A DNA stretch of 64,000 nt from a virus (lineage: Duplodnaviria; Caudoviricetes), in the IMG/VR virus record IMGVR_UViG_3300005805_009498, positions 8,447 through 72,446 of that record; one strand, 5' to 3'. Shown one piece after another: positions 18,990-28,928 of this stretch. Numbering within the stretch: the first letter of the stretch is position 1; each line of letters opens with the position of its first letter. Under the pieces are notes generated by a model. It was not told the DNA's origin. It ran no database searches and was given only the letters and a program-made list of their open reading frames with translations. The position numbers were made by a program, and so were the translations under genes.

Positions 18990-21239
18990 TTAGAAAAATG
19001 TGTTAAAAGTTCCTTGATCGGAGAATCCACTGTATCCTCCGGTAGAATCGTTGAATCCCATTATCTCCTCGAGAAATATTGTGTTGGGAAGAACGTTTTC
19101 TATTATAGTGCTGCTGCTTGTCGTCTCAACATATTTCCACGTTGAAGAATTATGAGGTTTGTACCTAAACACATATCTATTAAATCTTTTATTTTCCTGT
19201 ATTTGTAATCTGACGGAAAATACGCAGTTTAAAAGATTGTGTTCAAGAATCTCTTCCTGTGTAAGGTTAGAGATATAGTAGTTTAAAGATATCGGTATAT
19301 TTATTTGATCCACCTCGGAAATAACGTACCATTTTGATCCTGAGGCACTTGCACCGGTGGGTTTAAAGGAAACCATAGCGTCTAATACACCGTTATCAAA
19401 GGATAGAACGATTGCTTTGAAGTAGTCTATTCCGTAATTTCCTGATTTAACATCTATTAACGATTTAGATACGTATATCGTGTCTCCTTTTTTGTATTCG
19501 AACTGGTAAGGAATTTCCAGGTTTATTGTCACCTTTGATCCCGCCTTTATCTTTTTGAGATTTAAAGGCGTAGTAGGAGGTATAGATGAGGTCCATGAAG
19601 AACCGCCGTTAGATGTCGTCTTTATGTAGGTGTCATTTCCAGAAGACCAGAACAAGGAAGTGTTTAACATCTGTACGGAATAGAGGCTTCCGTAACCTGA
19701 AATCGTTGAAGGGTTCCAATTTATCCCTCCGTCGGTTGTTTTTGTGACAGAGCCGTTATTTCCAACACAAATCCCAACGTTTCCTATGAACCATACAGAG
19801 CGAAGATCATTGCTTGTTCCTGAATTTCTTGTAGTCCAAGAGTCTCCATCGGTGTTTGTTCTTATTATGGTTCCGTTCTTTCCACATGCATATCCTCTAG
19901 TTGAGCTCGTAAAAAACACGCCAAGAAGATCCTGCGACGTACCCGATACAGATGTTTTGTCCGTCCATGTCGATCCACCGTCCTCTGTCTCTATGACAGT
20001 ACCGGAGTTTCCAACTGCCCATCCTGTCAAAGAATCTATAAAATGAACCGAGTTAAGGTTGGTTACTACACCAGAAGTCTGACTAGACCATAATGATCCG
20101 TCCGAGGTTCCGTACAGTACTTCCCCGTTTGATCCTACTGCCCAAATGTTATCTTCGTCCAACAGGGTTATAGAATGTAGGTTTTCGTTTGTTCCCGAAT
20201 CTATTTCTTCCCAAGTTTCACCGCTGTCGGTTGTTTTAAATATTGATCCTGAATTTCCAACAACAAAACCAGTATACATTGATTGTGAGTTAATGGTGTC
20301 CATAAATGCAATCGATCTTGGCGTGTTCTTCATTTCCTTCGGGGTCACTAGCTTCCATGTAGATCCGGAGTTAGTTGTTTTTAAAACCACCGGATGTCCT
20401 TCGTTGTTTGTTCCTACAGTAAATCCCAACGAAGAGTTAATGAAAAATATAGAGTAAAATAGATCACCCGGTGTCATGTCGCTTATTTGGCTACGATATG
20501 TCGGTGTTCCGTCTATGATCACCTCAAACCCTGATTCTGGGTTGTCCCTTCTTTGAAGCCTCAAACTGTTTCCTTTTATCAGTTGAGGATAAGAAAGCAC
20601 GCTTTCTGGTGATTCTATCCATAAACTTCCGTTTGAGCTGTAAGACAACAAAGGCTTGTTTATTATCTTCGATAGATCCTTTGCATTAAAATTTACCTTA
20701 CGGATTATATCGTTATCGATATCAAAAACAGATCTATTTGCGTATTCGGTTAAAGGACTCGAAGAAATGAAGTATACCTGTTCCCCGAGCTGTATGGAAT
20801 CAACATACTTGGAAAACACATTAGAATATGTCGAATCGGCGACAAGAACCTTTGTTATGTTTCCGTATGTCGGATCTGTAACGTCTTGAGTGTCAACTAT
20901 TACCAAATCGAACACGCTTAGGTCCAACTCGTTCACAAAAAATATCCACCTTCCGCCGTTTAACAAGTTTCCTTCTTGGTTTCCGTTATTAACAAAACCA
21001 TCGATCCATATTTCATATAGATATCCGCTTGTAGAATAGTTTCCTCCCTGTTGATTCAGCGTGTAGGAAGAAAAGACAGAATCTATCGTTAGGGTTTTTG
21101 AAACCCTAAGTATTTCCCCCGTTGAAGATTTCCATCTTACAACATTTGCGTTTGACACCGGAGAAGGACCTGATGGATTTCCATCCTCAAGCCCTGGACT
21201 GTATCCAAACGGATCTTTGCATGTTAGTTGATTGGACAT
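18990..21239 (-). CDS. Tail-associated protein with a YCF48-like/BNR (Asp-box) beta-propeller and a C-terminal FN3-like domain
   Basis: Seven xTxDGGxxW-type repeats (KTTNSGSTW, KTTDSGETW, GTSDGSLW, ETEDGGSTW, RTNTDGDSW, KTTDGGINW, KTTSNGGSSW). C-terminal YVFRYKP...W..V...TIIENVLPNTIF resembles FN3. Confidence 0.8.
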   Translation of the reverse strand: MSNQLTCKDPFGYSPGLEDGNPSGPSPVSNANVVRWKSSTGEILRVSKTLTIDSVFSSYTLNQQGGNYSTSGYLYEIWIDGFVNNGNQEGNLLNGGRWIFFVNELDLSVFDLVIVDTQDVTDPTYGNITKVLVADSTYSNVFSKYVDSIQLGEQVYFISSSPLTEYANRSVFDIDNDIIRKVNFNAKDLSKIINKPLLSYSSNGSLWIESPESVLSYPQLIKGNSLRLQRRDNPESGFEVIIDGTPTYRSQISDMTPGDLFYSIFFINSSLGFTVGTNNEGHPVVLKTTNSGSTWKLVTPKEMKNTPRSIAFMDTINSQSMYTGFVVGNSGSIFKTTDSGETWEEIDSGTNENLHSITLLDEDNIWAVGSNGEVLYGTSDGSLWSSQTSGVVTNLNSVHFIDSLTGWAVGNSGTVIETEDGGSTWTDKTSVSGTSQDLLGVFFTSSTRGYACGKNGTIIRTNTDGDSWTTRNSGTSNDLRSVWFIGNVGICVGNNGSVTKTTDGGINWNPSTISGYGSLYSVQMLNTSLFWSSGNDTYIKTTSNGGSSWTSSIPPTTPLNLKKIKAGSKVTINLEIPYQFEYKKGDTIYVSKSLIDVKSGNYGIDYFKAIVLSFDNGVLDAMVSFKPTGASASGSKWYVISEVDQINIPISLNYYISNLTQEEILEHNLLNCVFSVRLQIQENKRFNRYVFRYKPHNSSTWKYVETTSSSTIIENVLPNTIFLEEIMGFNDSTGGYSGFSDQGTFNTFF

Positions 21240-24200
21240 CCTTGGAACTGTAATGTTTCAAATGAATCGAACACCGTGATGAAACCTTTCTTGTTTATCG
21301 TTTTTGTGTTTCCGTTTAGGTCGATCACCTCGGCCTCAACGTCAAAATCCCCGACCGAATCAAACGTCCAAACAAAGTAAGGATTCTTTGTTTTTAATAG
21401 AAGAACCCCCGTCTCTGAATCTGTAAGCTTCCATATTACGTCAACCACCCCAGATATCTGACAATTTGCAAGGTTGAAGAACACGGTAGAAAGGGTTAAC
21501 GCATCAACATGATCGTATCCTATGTAGGTTTCATTCCAGTTGAAGCTTCCATTTAGATACGGACCGTATTGAGATTTCATCAAGGCCGGAAGATTTCCGT
21601 TACACGTATCGAAATATTTTACAGGAGGAAATGTAAATCCGCCCTCTTCCCATGCCCTGTAATTTGACTCCTCTCGTGGATCATAGTTTCCTATGTTATC
21701 GGTGTCTCTGTATTTTCTAAAATCGTAAACCGGATATGTGTGAGAACGTGTTGGGAAATTTCTATAAATTCCTGTTACACCACCATCGAACTCTATGTAA
21801 CCCAAAGCATTCACACCTGGGACCTTTGCGGTTGCCAGTATCACATAAGTCGGTGGAACATAAATCTCTCTAGGAGGGGTTGCAGTTCCATCGAAAACCA
21901 ATGTTTGCGGTATTTGTCCCCATGGGGTAAAAAACACACGGTAATCAGTGAAATCGGTTATTGATGAGTATTCTATGCTGTCTTCTACATTTATGACTAT
22001 TTCGCCTATCGAGTTGAATTCCGCTCCTAGAGATGATATCGTGAGTTCTATGGTTTCGCTGTTATCGGATTTCACGACCTTTATCGTGTTTCCCGGAGAG
22101 AAATAGGGAAGACCTGATATGTCTTTATCAAAATCAAAGTTTACTGTAGGAGAAACCGAAGAATCCGAAGAGTTATCGTTTAGAAAATACCCATCGTTTA
22201 CCTCATAGCTTATTGATGTATAGTACGGCCACACGTTGCTCGCAGGATCGGGTAAAACCCTAATTATTCCCATGGTTTCGTTGTAAACGGCTATTGTGTA
22301 GTTGAACATTGAAATCTCTTGGATTTGGGATTCCTTAAGAGATTGAAGCGCATCTCCCATCGTCATATACTGATCGTTTGGAAATTCAAATAGTTCTCCG
22401 TCGTTTATACGTATTGAACCCCCAGGAGAAACAGTGTTTATGATGAAACCACATGTATAACTTGGATGATAGTCAAATGATCCCCATGTTCTAGAAAAAG
22501 CATTTTTCCATTGAACAGGTAAAGACGACCATTTATTCACAGATAGTATTCCCGCCCATTTTTCGGCGTAGTCTACGTCAAACTCGGAAAAATCTATTGA
22601 ATAGCTAGTATCAACGTTTGGCAAAAGATTTGCTGGGTCCTCCACTACAACGTTTGTATAAGAACCATCAAAAAATACGTTGGACACATGGAACGATATC
22701 CCTGCGTTTACATTTCCCCAATATGCAAGTACTTCGTTTGTTGCAGGATCCGGTAACTTTTCTAACGTCTTATCAGGATCATTAAAAAATATCGAGGTCC
22801 TTCCGTTATATGCGTTTGTTGTTCCAGGCGTTAGTCTTGTAGAAAAGTTAAAATACCTAAGTGTACAACCGTCAACCGAAGGAATTATAGACCCACCGGT
22901 CTGAGAGGTAGATATGTTGAAATTAGAATACCTTCTGTCCGTGGTTTTAAATTCAACCTCAGTTTTATCGGTCGTTACGTTATAATAACTGTAGGTGGCT
23001 ATGGCATCGGAAAATTCTACATCTCCGTTTAACATTATTTCTATGCTTAACCCAGTTCTGATCCATTTAGTTAGATTTCCATCTAACTCTGTTTTGTATT
23101 TAGGATAATAACCCGCCTCGCTTATTTCCGGGGTCATTGAATTAAACGTTAAAGAGTCTAAAGTAACCCTAGATATTATAGATATCAGTTTTCCTTTTAT
23201 TACGGAATCTTGGTATTCTCCACCTACGTATAGAGTTTTTTTCGCAGAATCATAAGACATCACATTTGTTGATGTTCTTGATTCCGGACCCTTAAATATA
23301 ACTATCTGATCCTTTGTCAACGCAGTCCTTGCGCTGGTATCAGGTTTATAATAGTTTCCAAACAACAAAACAGTTTTGTTTTCGTAATCTATGTCCGCTA
23401 TCTGTGCATTTTCTACCTCGTCCAAGAAGTCCTGGTCAAAATACCTAGAGGAGTTTATGTCTGCCCATCTTATTACCGATTGCTCCCAAGTGGTGTTTTT
23501 AAACCTTCTTGGAGATGATCTTCTAGATGTTCTACGCTTTCTTGTTGGTCTAAGAACCCCTTGGTTTCTAGTTGCCCATGACCAGTTTCCTTCTTGCCAT
23601 GTTCCGTATATTTCGTTCCATTCATCAACGGTATTAGAAGCACGATAAAACCCAACGAGGTTTGACGATTTCATGTTTGCAATAAAGGCTGATCTTATCA
23701 ATCTTGATTGAACGCCGCTACTAGTAAGATAGTACGCAAGTTCTACATCGTACGTTCCCTCGTAAGGAACGATGACCTCGTGTACAGTCAGCTCGCTTAG
23801 CTTTCCTCGTTTAACATATGTGAAGGGCCTTGCGTTTCCTGTGGAATTTATCCTCCATTCCATCTCATAGACGTCTCCGTCAGAAAGACCTCCCCATGTG
23901 AACTGGCTTCCAGGAAGAACGTCTTCAGATTCCTGAAGTTTGTTCCAGGACATACCAAGATCCTTCCAATAAAGCTTAAACGTTTCTGCTGTACAAGTTA
24001 CCTTTGCTCCGATTTTTTGAATTCCGCTTTCTAAAAACGTTGGAGCATTTTTGTTTACGTAAAAACTAGAAAGCTCATAGTTCGAAAGATCGGAAACGCT
24101 GTATGCAGAAAGCTCTTCTATCGAAAGACCCTCTCCTATTGGGTTTGTTTTTTTATACGGATTGTCTTGATCTTCTATGTAAGCTATCGTTGGTTCAACC

Positions 24201-26263
24201 TTAAACTTTATGTCAAGATAATCCGGTGATGCAACAACGTATTGGTTTTGCGTTAACCATGATTCTGTTGCGTATGTGTCAAAATAGACGCCTTCTCCCG
24301 TTATGTCAACTATTCTTGCGTTTAAGGGAAGAAAATATTTCTTCAAAACGTTTTTTAGGGAAAAAAGCTTTATCAGTATTTCTTCGTTTGTGAACTGAAA
24401 CGCATCTTGCGTTATCGGTTCACCGTTATCGTCAAAGGTTCCGGTCAACTTGTTTATGTCATAAACAAGACTAAACTTGCTAGTTTTTTTCCATACCTGA
24501 CTTGGAACCAAGGAATCGCTGTTTATCCCCTTTAAATTAAGAGGTACCTCGGTCTGTTTATACTTCCCATAAAGAGAAGAAGTAATGTCTATGTTTTTCC
24601 AATATTCCTTTAGCCTAAGATCTCCATACCCGAAAAACTTTAGCGCATTTATGAACCCTTTATAGGAACCAGTGTAAGGAAATATCTCTTCTCCTGCAGC
24701 AAGTAGTTCTTTTCTCTTTTCGTTTATTATTTGATAGTCTGGAAGGGCCTCGTTTACGTCTGCGTTTCTAAACACCGGTCCAACCTCAGGAACTATATCA
24801 TTTCCAAAGTTTTCCAGTATGAGTTTAAATCTTTCATCCTCTCCCTCAACTTCACCATAAACTGCAATTTCTGCAACCTTCTGCGATTCTTCTATAAGGT
24901 TCCATTCAACTACCACACACGAAGAAGCAGCAGGAACGTAACCGTTCTTATTATTACCGAAGAAAACATTTAATTCTGACGAGTTGCTTTTTTGTATGCT
25001 TACCACCGATTCTTTTGGATCATAATCCTCTATCTTATCGATGATCTTCATCGAGGTGAGCTGCTGATCTGTCACCAATATTCTATACGAAGAGAAATCT
25101 GTTATAGAGGAAAAGAAAGAATTGTCCTCGATATCGACTATCATGATATCTGTCGATGTATTGTAATTGCTACCTATTACTGTGCAGAAAAATATCGAGG
25201 AAGGGCTGTTGTTTTTTATTATTGCTACGGTAGAACCAGGCTGTAAACGTGACTCGGATTCAAAACTTCTTGGAGAAGAAAACTCCGCAGACATCGAACC
25301 CGGAGTTATGCTAGAGCTTGATAGAAGCTGAAACCCTGACTGTGGTTGCGCAACATAGATGTTAAAATAATAATCGCTTGGATTAAAGGAAGAGTTTACA
25401 TCTATCGGATAAATCTGGTTATTTAAACCGGTTCCGGTGAAAACCTGTCTTTGTGTTTCCGATACAGAGGTGAGGTTTGTATAGTATATCTCGAGGGTCC
25501 TTGCATACCTCGATTCCTCTTCCGAAAACAGACCCAGGTTCAATTGCATGACCCTGGAATCTATTTGGGTTCCGTCTTCTATTATTCTAAACAGGCTTGC
25601 ATCAGGATCCACCGCGATTGGTTCACCCCCGGAAAAGGTAACGCCCTCTATGGCATCGCTTGATCCATTATCCAGGTTTACGTCCTGATACTCGAGTCTT
25701 TTTATTAGAGGATAATCCCCAGCAGTGTCTACATCAAAAATGAAAAGGTTGTCTTTGGCTATTCCCTCTCTCCACTTTACGCTAAAATACGAGTTTTCTG
25801 CGCCTCTCGGGAATGTGTAAACATATGCTTCTATTTTCCACGAGGAAATAGTGCCTGATCCAAATTTTGAAATCGCCCTAACATAAAGAGAACCATCACC
25901 TGGATTATATCCCTGTACAGAAGCTACGAAATAATTAGACTCATCTGATTGATCTATTACCTTGACTTGTTGCCCAGGGTAATAAATGCGATCGAGCAAG
26001 TCGATATCGCTTGGATCCGCGTTAACATTTAACGTGACTATTCCACTCAGCCCTATCGGTAAGGTACCAAGGTTTATTGATTGAGAAAAAGAATATTCAT
26101 ACTTTACCTGTTCGGCAATGAAGATGTGTTGTACTTCATATAGAGATGTGGAAACCCTAGGAAAATAGAGCATTCCATACCACACACCGTATGTCCTACT
26201 TAGGTTAAGTTCATTACCTTCTTTATCGAAAAATTTAAGGTGACGACCTACCTCTATAAGCAT
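21224..26263 (-). CDS. Baseplate wedge protein, gp7/P2-gpI-like core with a C-terminal PKD-like domain (1679 aa)
   Basis: Motif YTGSYKGFINALKFFGY resembles P2-I/gp7; C-terminal WTFDSVGDFDVEAEV...GFITV resembles PKD; located downstream of the gp6-like gene. Confidence 0.6.
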   Translation of the reverse strand: MLIEVGRHLKFFDKEGNELNLSRTYGVWYGMLYFPRVSTSLYEVQHIFIAEQVKYEYSFSQSINLGTLPIGLSGIVTLNVNADPSDIDLLDRIYYPGQQVKVIDQSDESNYFVASVQGYNPGDGSLYVRAISKFGSGTISSWKIEAYVYTFPRGAENSYFSVKWREGIAKDNLFIFDVDTAGDYPLIKRLEYQDVNLDNGSSDAIEGVTFSGGEPIAVDPDASLFRIIEDGTQIDSRVMQLNLGLFSEEESRYARTLEIYYTNLTSVSETQRQVFTGTGLNNQIYPIDVNSSFNPSDYYFNIYVAQPQSGFQLLSSSSITPGSMSAEFSSPRSFESESRLQPGSTVAIIKNNSPSSIFFCTVIGSNYNTSTDIMIVDIEDNSFFSSITDFSSYRILVTDQQLTSMKIIDKIEDYDPKESVVSIQKSNSSELNVFFGNNKNGYVPAASSCVVVEWNLIEESQKVAEIAVYGEVEGEDERFKLILENFGNDIVPEVGPVFRNADVNEALPDYQIINEKRKELLAAGEEIFPYTGSYKGFINALKFFGYGDLRLKEYWKNIDITSSLYGKYKQTEVPLNLKGINSDSLVPSQVWKKTSKFSLVYDINKLTGTFDDNGEPITQDAFQFTNEEILIKLFSLKNVLKKYFLPLNARIVDITGEGVYFDTYATESWLTQNQYVVASPDYLDIKFKVEPTIAYIEDQDNPYKKTNPIGEGLSIEELSAYSVSDLSNYELSSFYVNKNAPTFLESGIQKIGAKVTCTAETFKLYWKDLGMSWNKLQESEDVLPGSQFTWGGLSDGDVYEMEWRINSTGNARPFTYVKRGKLSELTVHEVIVPYEGTYDVELAYYLTSSGVQSRLIRSAFIANMKSSNLVGFYRASNTVDEWNEIYGTWQEGNWSWATRNQGVLRPTRKRRTSRRSSPRRFKNTTWEQSVIRWADINSSRYFDQDFLDEVENAQIADIDYENKTVLLFGNYYKPDTSARTALTKDQIVIFKGPESRTSTNVMSYDSAKKTLYVGGEYQDSVIKGKLISIISRVTLDSLTFNSMTPEISEAGYYPKYKTELDGNLTKWIRTGLSIEIMLNGDVEFSDAIATYSYYNVTTDKTEVEFKTTDRRYSNFNISTSQTGGSIIPSVDGCTLRYFNFSTRLTPGTTNAYNGRTSIFFNDPDKTLEKLPDPATNEVLAYWGNVNAGISFHVSNVFFDGSYTNVVVEDPANLLPNVDTSYSIDFSEFDVDYAEKWAGILSVNKWSSLPVQWKNAFSRTWGSFDYHPSYTCGFIINTVSPGGSIRINDGELFEFPNDQYMTMGDALQSLKESQIQEISMFNYTIAVYNETMGIIRVLPDPASNVWPYYTSISYEVNDGYFLNDNSSDSSVSPTVNFDFDKDISGLPYFSPGNTIKVVKSDNSETIELTISSLGAEFNSIGEIVINVEDSIEYSSITDFTDYRVFFTPWGQIPQTLVFDGTATPPREIYVPPTYVILATAKVPGVNALGYIEFDGGVTGIYRNFPTRSHTYPVYDFRKYRDTDNIGNYDPREESNYRAWEEGGFTFPPVKYFDTCNGNLPALMKSQYGPYLNGSFNWNETYIGYDHVDALTLSTVFFNLANCQISGVVDVIWKLTDSETGVLLLKTKNPYFVWTFDSVGDFDVEAEVIDLNGNTKTINKKGFITVFDSFETLQFQGCPIN

Positions 26264-26274
26264 ATTAATTTGAT

Positions 26275-26343
26275 TTAACGGTTGTAGTCGTTAGAAAATT
26301 TTCCAGGAAATTCGCATCCTCTGTGTACAAGAAATTGTTTCAT
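26275..26343 (-). CDS. Putative 22-aa micro-ORF MKQFLVHRGCEFPGKFSNDYNR
   Basis: Starts in a TAATG stop-start overlap and fills the 80-nt gap, ending 11 nt before the next ATG. Confidence 0.3.
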   Translation of the reverse strand: MKQFLVHRGCEFPGKFSNDYNR

Positions 26344-27164
26344 TACATTTCCTGTATTATTGCACCATAAAGGTTCAATATAATCCACTGTGAACCGGTC
26401 CATGCAAGCTCTACGCAGCTGTTAAAAACGTTTGTGCTTGATGAACCATCGTTCTTACAGATAAGAATTCCTTGGTTTCCTACAGAAGAAGAATCAACCC
26501 CTAATATTGTACCTCCGGTTGGGGCCATTAAGTAATGTTCCGCAGTATTTGTAACATCACTATCAAGGGTTGTAACTATGGTTATCCTTTGACCTATGTC
26601 CCCTGTGTTGGGAAGCCTAACGTCCTTTATGTTATAACCATCAGCAGTGTTTGTTGGGTCGTATTCGTTTGTCCACTGTAAAAGAAAAACGCTAGATCCC
26701 GCAGTCACTAAATTTCCAGTTGTTCCAGAGACGGTTGCGTATGAATCTTGATCGTACGCAGGAACGAATGCGTTGGAGAAACCGGTCTGGATGTATGATC
26801 CGGAAACAGAAATTCCACCGGTGCTGGTTATTTTATTCGCAGAATTAGTTAGGTTTATGTTTCCACCCGAAACAGTTATCCCGTTTGTGACAACCAAGGA
26901 ATTGGTTGTCAATGTCTGCCCAACACCAAGATTTCCGTCAACATCTGCGGAATTTTCAACACTTAGTCCTATAGTAGTAAAAGGATCGGTTGAAAGTTTC
27001 TGTACCGTAACAGAGTTAGCAGTAAAATCACCGGTTGTTGTATCAAGGTAATTATCTGTTATGGTATCCACTGCTGTTTTTAGCGCAGAAAAATTATTGT
27101 TAAGGGTTATTCTGGACGCTGCAATTTCGTCCGTTTCTAGTATTTCTGTTATTGTTACTGACAT
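26343..27164 (-). CDS. Short tail/baseplate fibre protein
   Basis: N-terminal anchor DEIAASRITLNNNFSALK, a beta-helix-like middle, and a C-terminal FNSCVELAWTGSQW module. Confidence 0.6.
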   Translation of the reverse strand: MSVTITEILETDEIAASRITLNNNFSALKTAVDTITDNYLDTTTGDFTANSVTVQKLSTDPFTTIGLSVENSADVDGNLGVGQTLTTNSLVVTNGITVSGGNINLTNSANKITSTGGISVSGSYIQTGFSNAFVPAYDQDSYATVSGTTGNLVTAGSSVFLLQWTNEYDPTNTADGYNIKDVRLPNTGDIGQRITIVTTLDSDVTNTAEHYLMAPTGGTILGVDSSSVGNQGILICKNDGSSSTNVFNSCVELAWTGSQWIILNLYGAIIQEM

Positions 27165-27180
27165 CTTTACCTTAATTTTT

Positions 27181-27189
27181 GTATATATT
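27181..27189 (-). promoter_or_regulatory. Candidate phage promoter motif AATATATAC
   Basis: In the 28-nt gap upstream of the 27164 ATG. Confidence 0.5.
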
Positions 27190-27192
27190 TGT

Positions 27193-28914
27193 TCAAGTCA
27201 ATTTTAATTTCTTTATCTTTTCTATCGCCATTTTGTTATAGATTGATTCGCTTATAACTTCCTTTATCTCAATGTTAAGAGAACACGGTACTTCAAAATC
27301 TAGTGTGTCGTTGAAGTAGTTTCCGTACCTATCATACCAGCCTCCTCTTACCAATGGGAGTTCTCCTTTTCCTATTATGACATCTCCTTGACTATCTATG
27401 CCTATATCGGCAGGCTCAGGTACACCGGGGGTGGTAGCCAATTTTTGCAACCATTCGGCTTTTGCCCTTTCGTTTTCCTCGCATAGGAATTTAACGTTCA
27501 CGGAATCTATTCCCTTTATTCCCTCTAAAATTGCAACTATATCACTCTGCGGTATTCTGTCCCTTCTAACAAACGAAAGCAAATAACGATTCAGCTTTGA
27601 AACAATTTCAGATTTCAAGAGGTCTATTGATACGTTATCAAAAACGACCAGACTTATGTTCATAACATATCTCTTTAAAACCGGTCTAAGAATTCTCATT
27701 TCCGAGGTGACTAACATAGACCCTGATTCTTGTACGTAATCTCTTATCTTGTTTATTTCATCATCAAACAGGGTGAATTTATCCAGATCTACGGTGAAGT
27801 AGTTTTCGTTTGTCTTTAATCTTTTCTGTATTTCTGGCACAAGATACACATAAACCACGTTGTCGTCTTCTAGGTAATCGTCACCAAACGTGTCGAACGC
27901 ATCGACTATAGAAAAGTAGTTTAATTTTTGTAGGAAATAGACGTAGTTTTCCGGTCTTGCCAAGACAAACGACCTTGAGGCCTTTGGTGCTATTATTTTT
28001 GTTAGTTCTATTGGTTCAGAAAACGAACCTAACACCACCCTCGATGCTAACGCTATGTTTATTCCGTTGTTAACGTCTATTGTGTTACCAACCGCATCGA
28101 AGACAGAGTCTATGAATTTAAACTTTGCCTTTTCGGTAAAATCTATGATGTTTCCAAACGCACCATCGGTTACAAGATATTGAATGGTTATAGTTGAACC
28201 TACCGGTGGCCTCTTTCCGTACTGTTCGTTTCCAAATATTACGTCTATTCCGTTATTTAGAGATGTCTTTACCAAACACCCTGGAGTATCTAAAGGAATA
28301 TCGTATAAGCTATCATAGATTGCGTATTCTTCTCCGTTTACGTAAACATTAACATAGAAATTATCGATGTTGTTATTGTTCTTTACCACAGCATTGAACG
28401 TTTGTAAGGATTGCCCGGTTCCGGTAAAAGACTGGGTCTCTACTTTTCCCTGGACCATCTTTACCCTAACGGAGTTTCTTTGACCTATGTTCATTCTTAT
28501 TTCTTCCCTTGGGGCAAGAATCGAGTAGTAAAGACCGTTATTCAAACACTGTATGGTTGTAAAATTCGGTATAACGACCTGGTTGTTTGCTGCCTGTATT
28601 GTTTCCCCCGTAAAGGTGAGATCTATGTCTCCTGTTGCAGCTATTGCCCTGGTTGGGTTGTGTCCGGCCAATCTTGCGAGACCGTAAATCGAACTTTTTC
28701 TGGTAGCGGTGTATATGTTTAACTCAGTTATGCTGTCTTCTATGTAGAAAAAGACCTTTTGCGTGAACGCAGATATTGCAATTAATAATTGACCGTATGC
28801 AGAAGAAGGACCAAAAACCGATCCTGACTGTGAATACGCGTTCGAAAAATAGGTCTTGGCATCAGAATAAACCTGAGAAAAGAGTACCCTTATTTTATTT
28901 AGAAGTTCGTTCAC
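27193..28914 (-). CDS. gp6: Baseplate wedge subunit, T4 gp6-like (baseplate J family)
   Basis: IYTATRKSSIYGLARLAGHNPTRAIAA, DVIFGNEQYGKRPPVGSTITIQYLVTDG, and RSFVLARPENY match gp6/J motifs. Confidence 0.85.
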   Translation of the reverse strand: MNELLNKIRVLFSQVYSDAKTYFSNAYSQSGSVFGPSSAYGQLLIAISAFTQKVFFYIEDSITELNIYTATRKSSIYGLARLAGHNPTRAIAATGDIDLTFTGETIQAANNQVVIPNFTTIQCLNNGLYYSILAPREEIRMNIGQRNSVRVKMVQGKVETQSFTGTGQSLQTFNAVVKNNNNIDNFYVNVYVNGEEYAIYDSLYDIPLDTPGCLVKTSLNNGIDVIFGNEQYGKRPPVGSTITIQYLVTDGAFGNIIDFTEKAKFKFIDSVFDAVGNTIDVNNGINIALASRVVLGSFSEPIELTKIIAPKASRSFVLARPENYVYFLQKLNYFSIVDAFDTFGDDYLEDDNVVYVYLVPEIQKRLKTNENYFTVDLDKFTLFDDEINKIRDYVQESGSMLVTSEMRILRPVLKRYVMNISLVVFDNVSIDLLKSEIVSKLNRYLLSFVRRDRIPQSDIVAILEGIKGIDSVNVKFLCEENERAKAEWLQKLATTPGVPEPADIGIDSQGDVIIGKGELPLVRGGWYDRYGNYFNDTLDFEVPCSLNIEIKEVISESIYNKMAIEKIKKLKLT

Positions 28915-28928
28915 CCTTTACTAATTTT

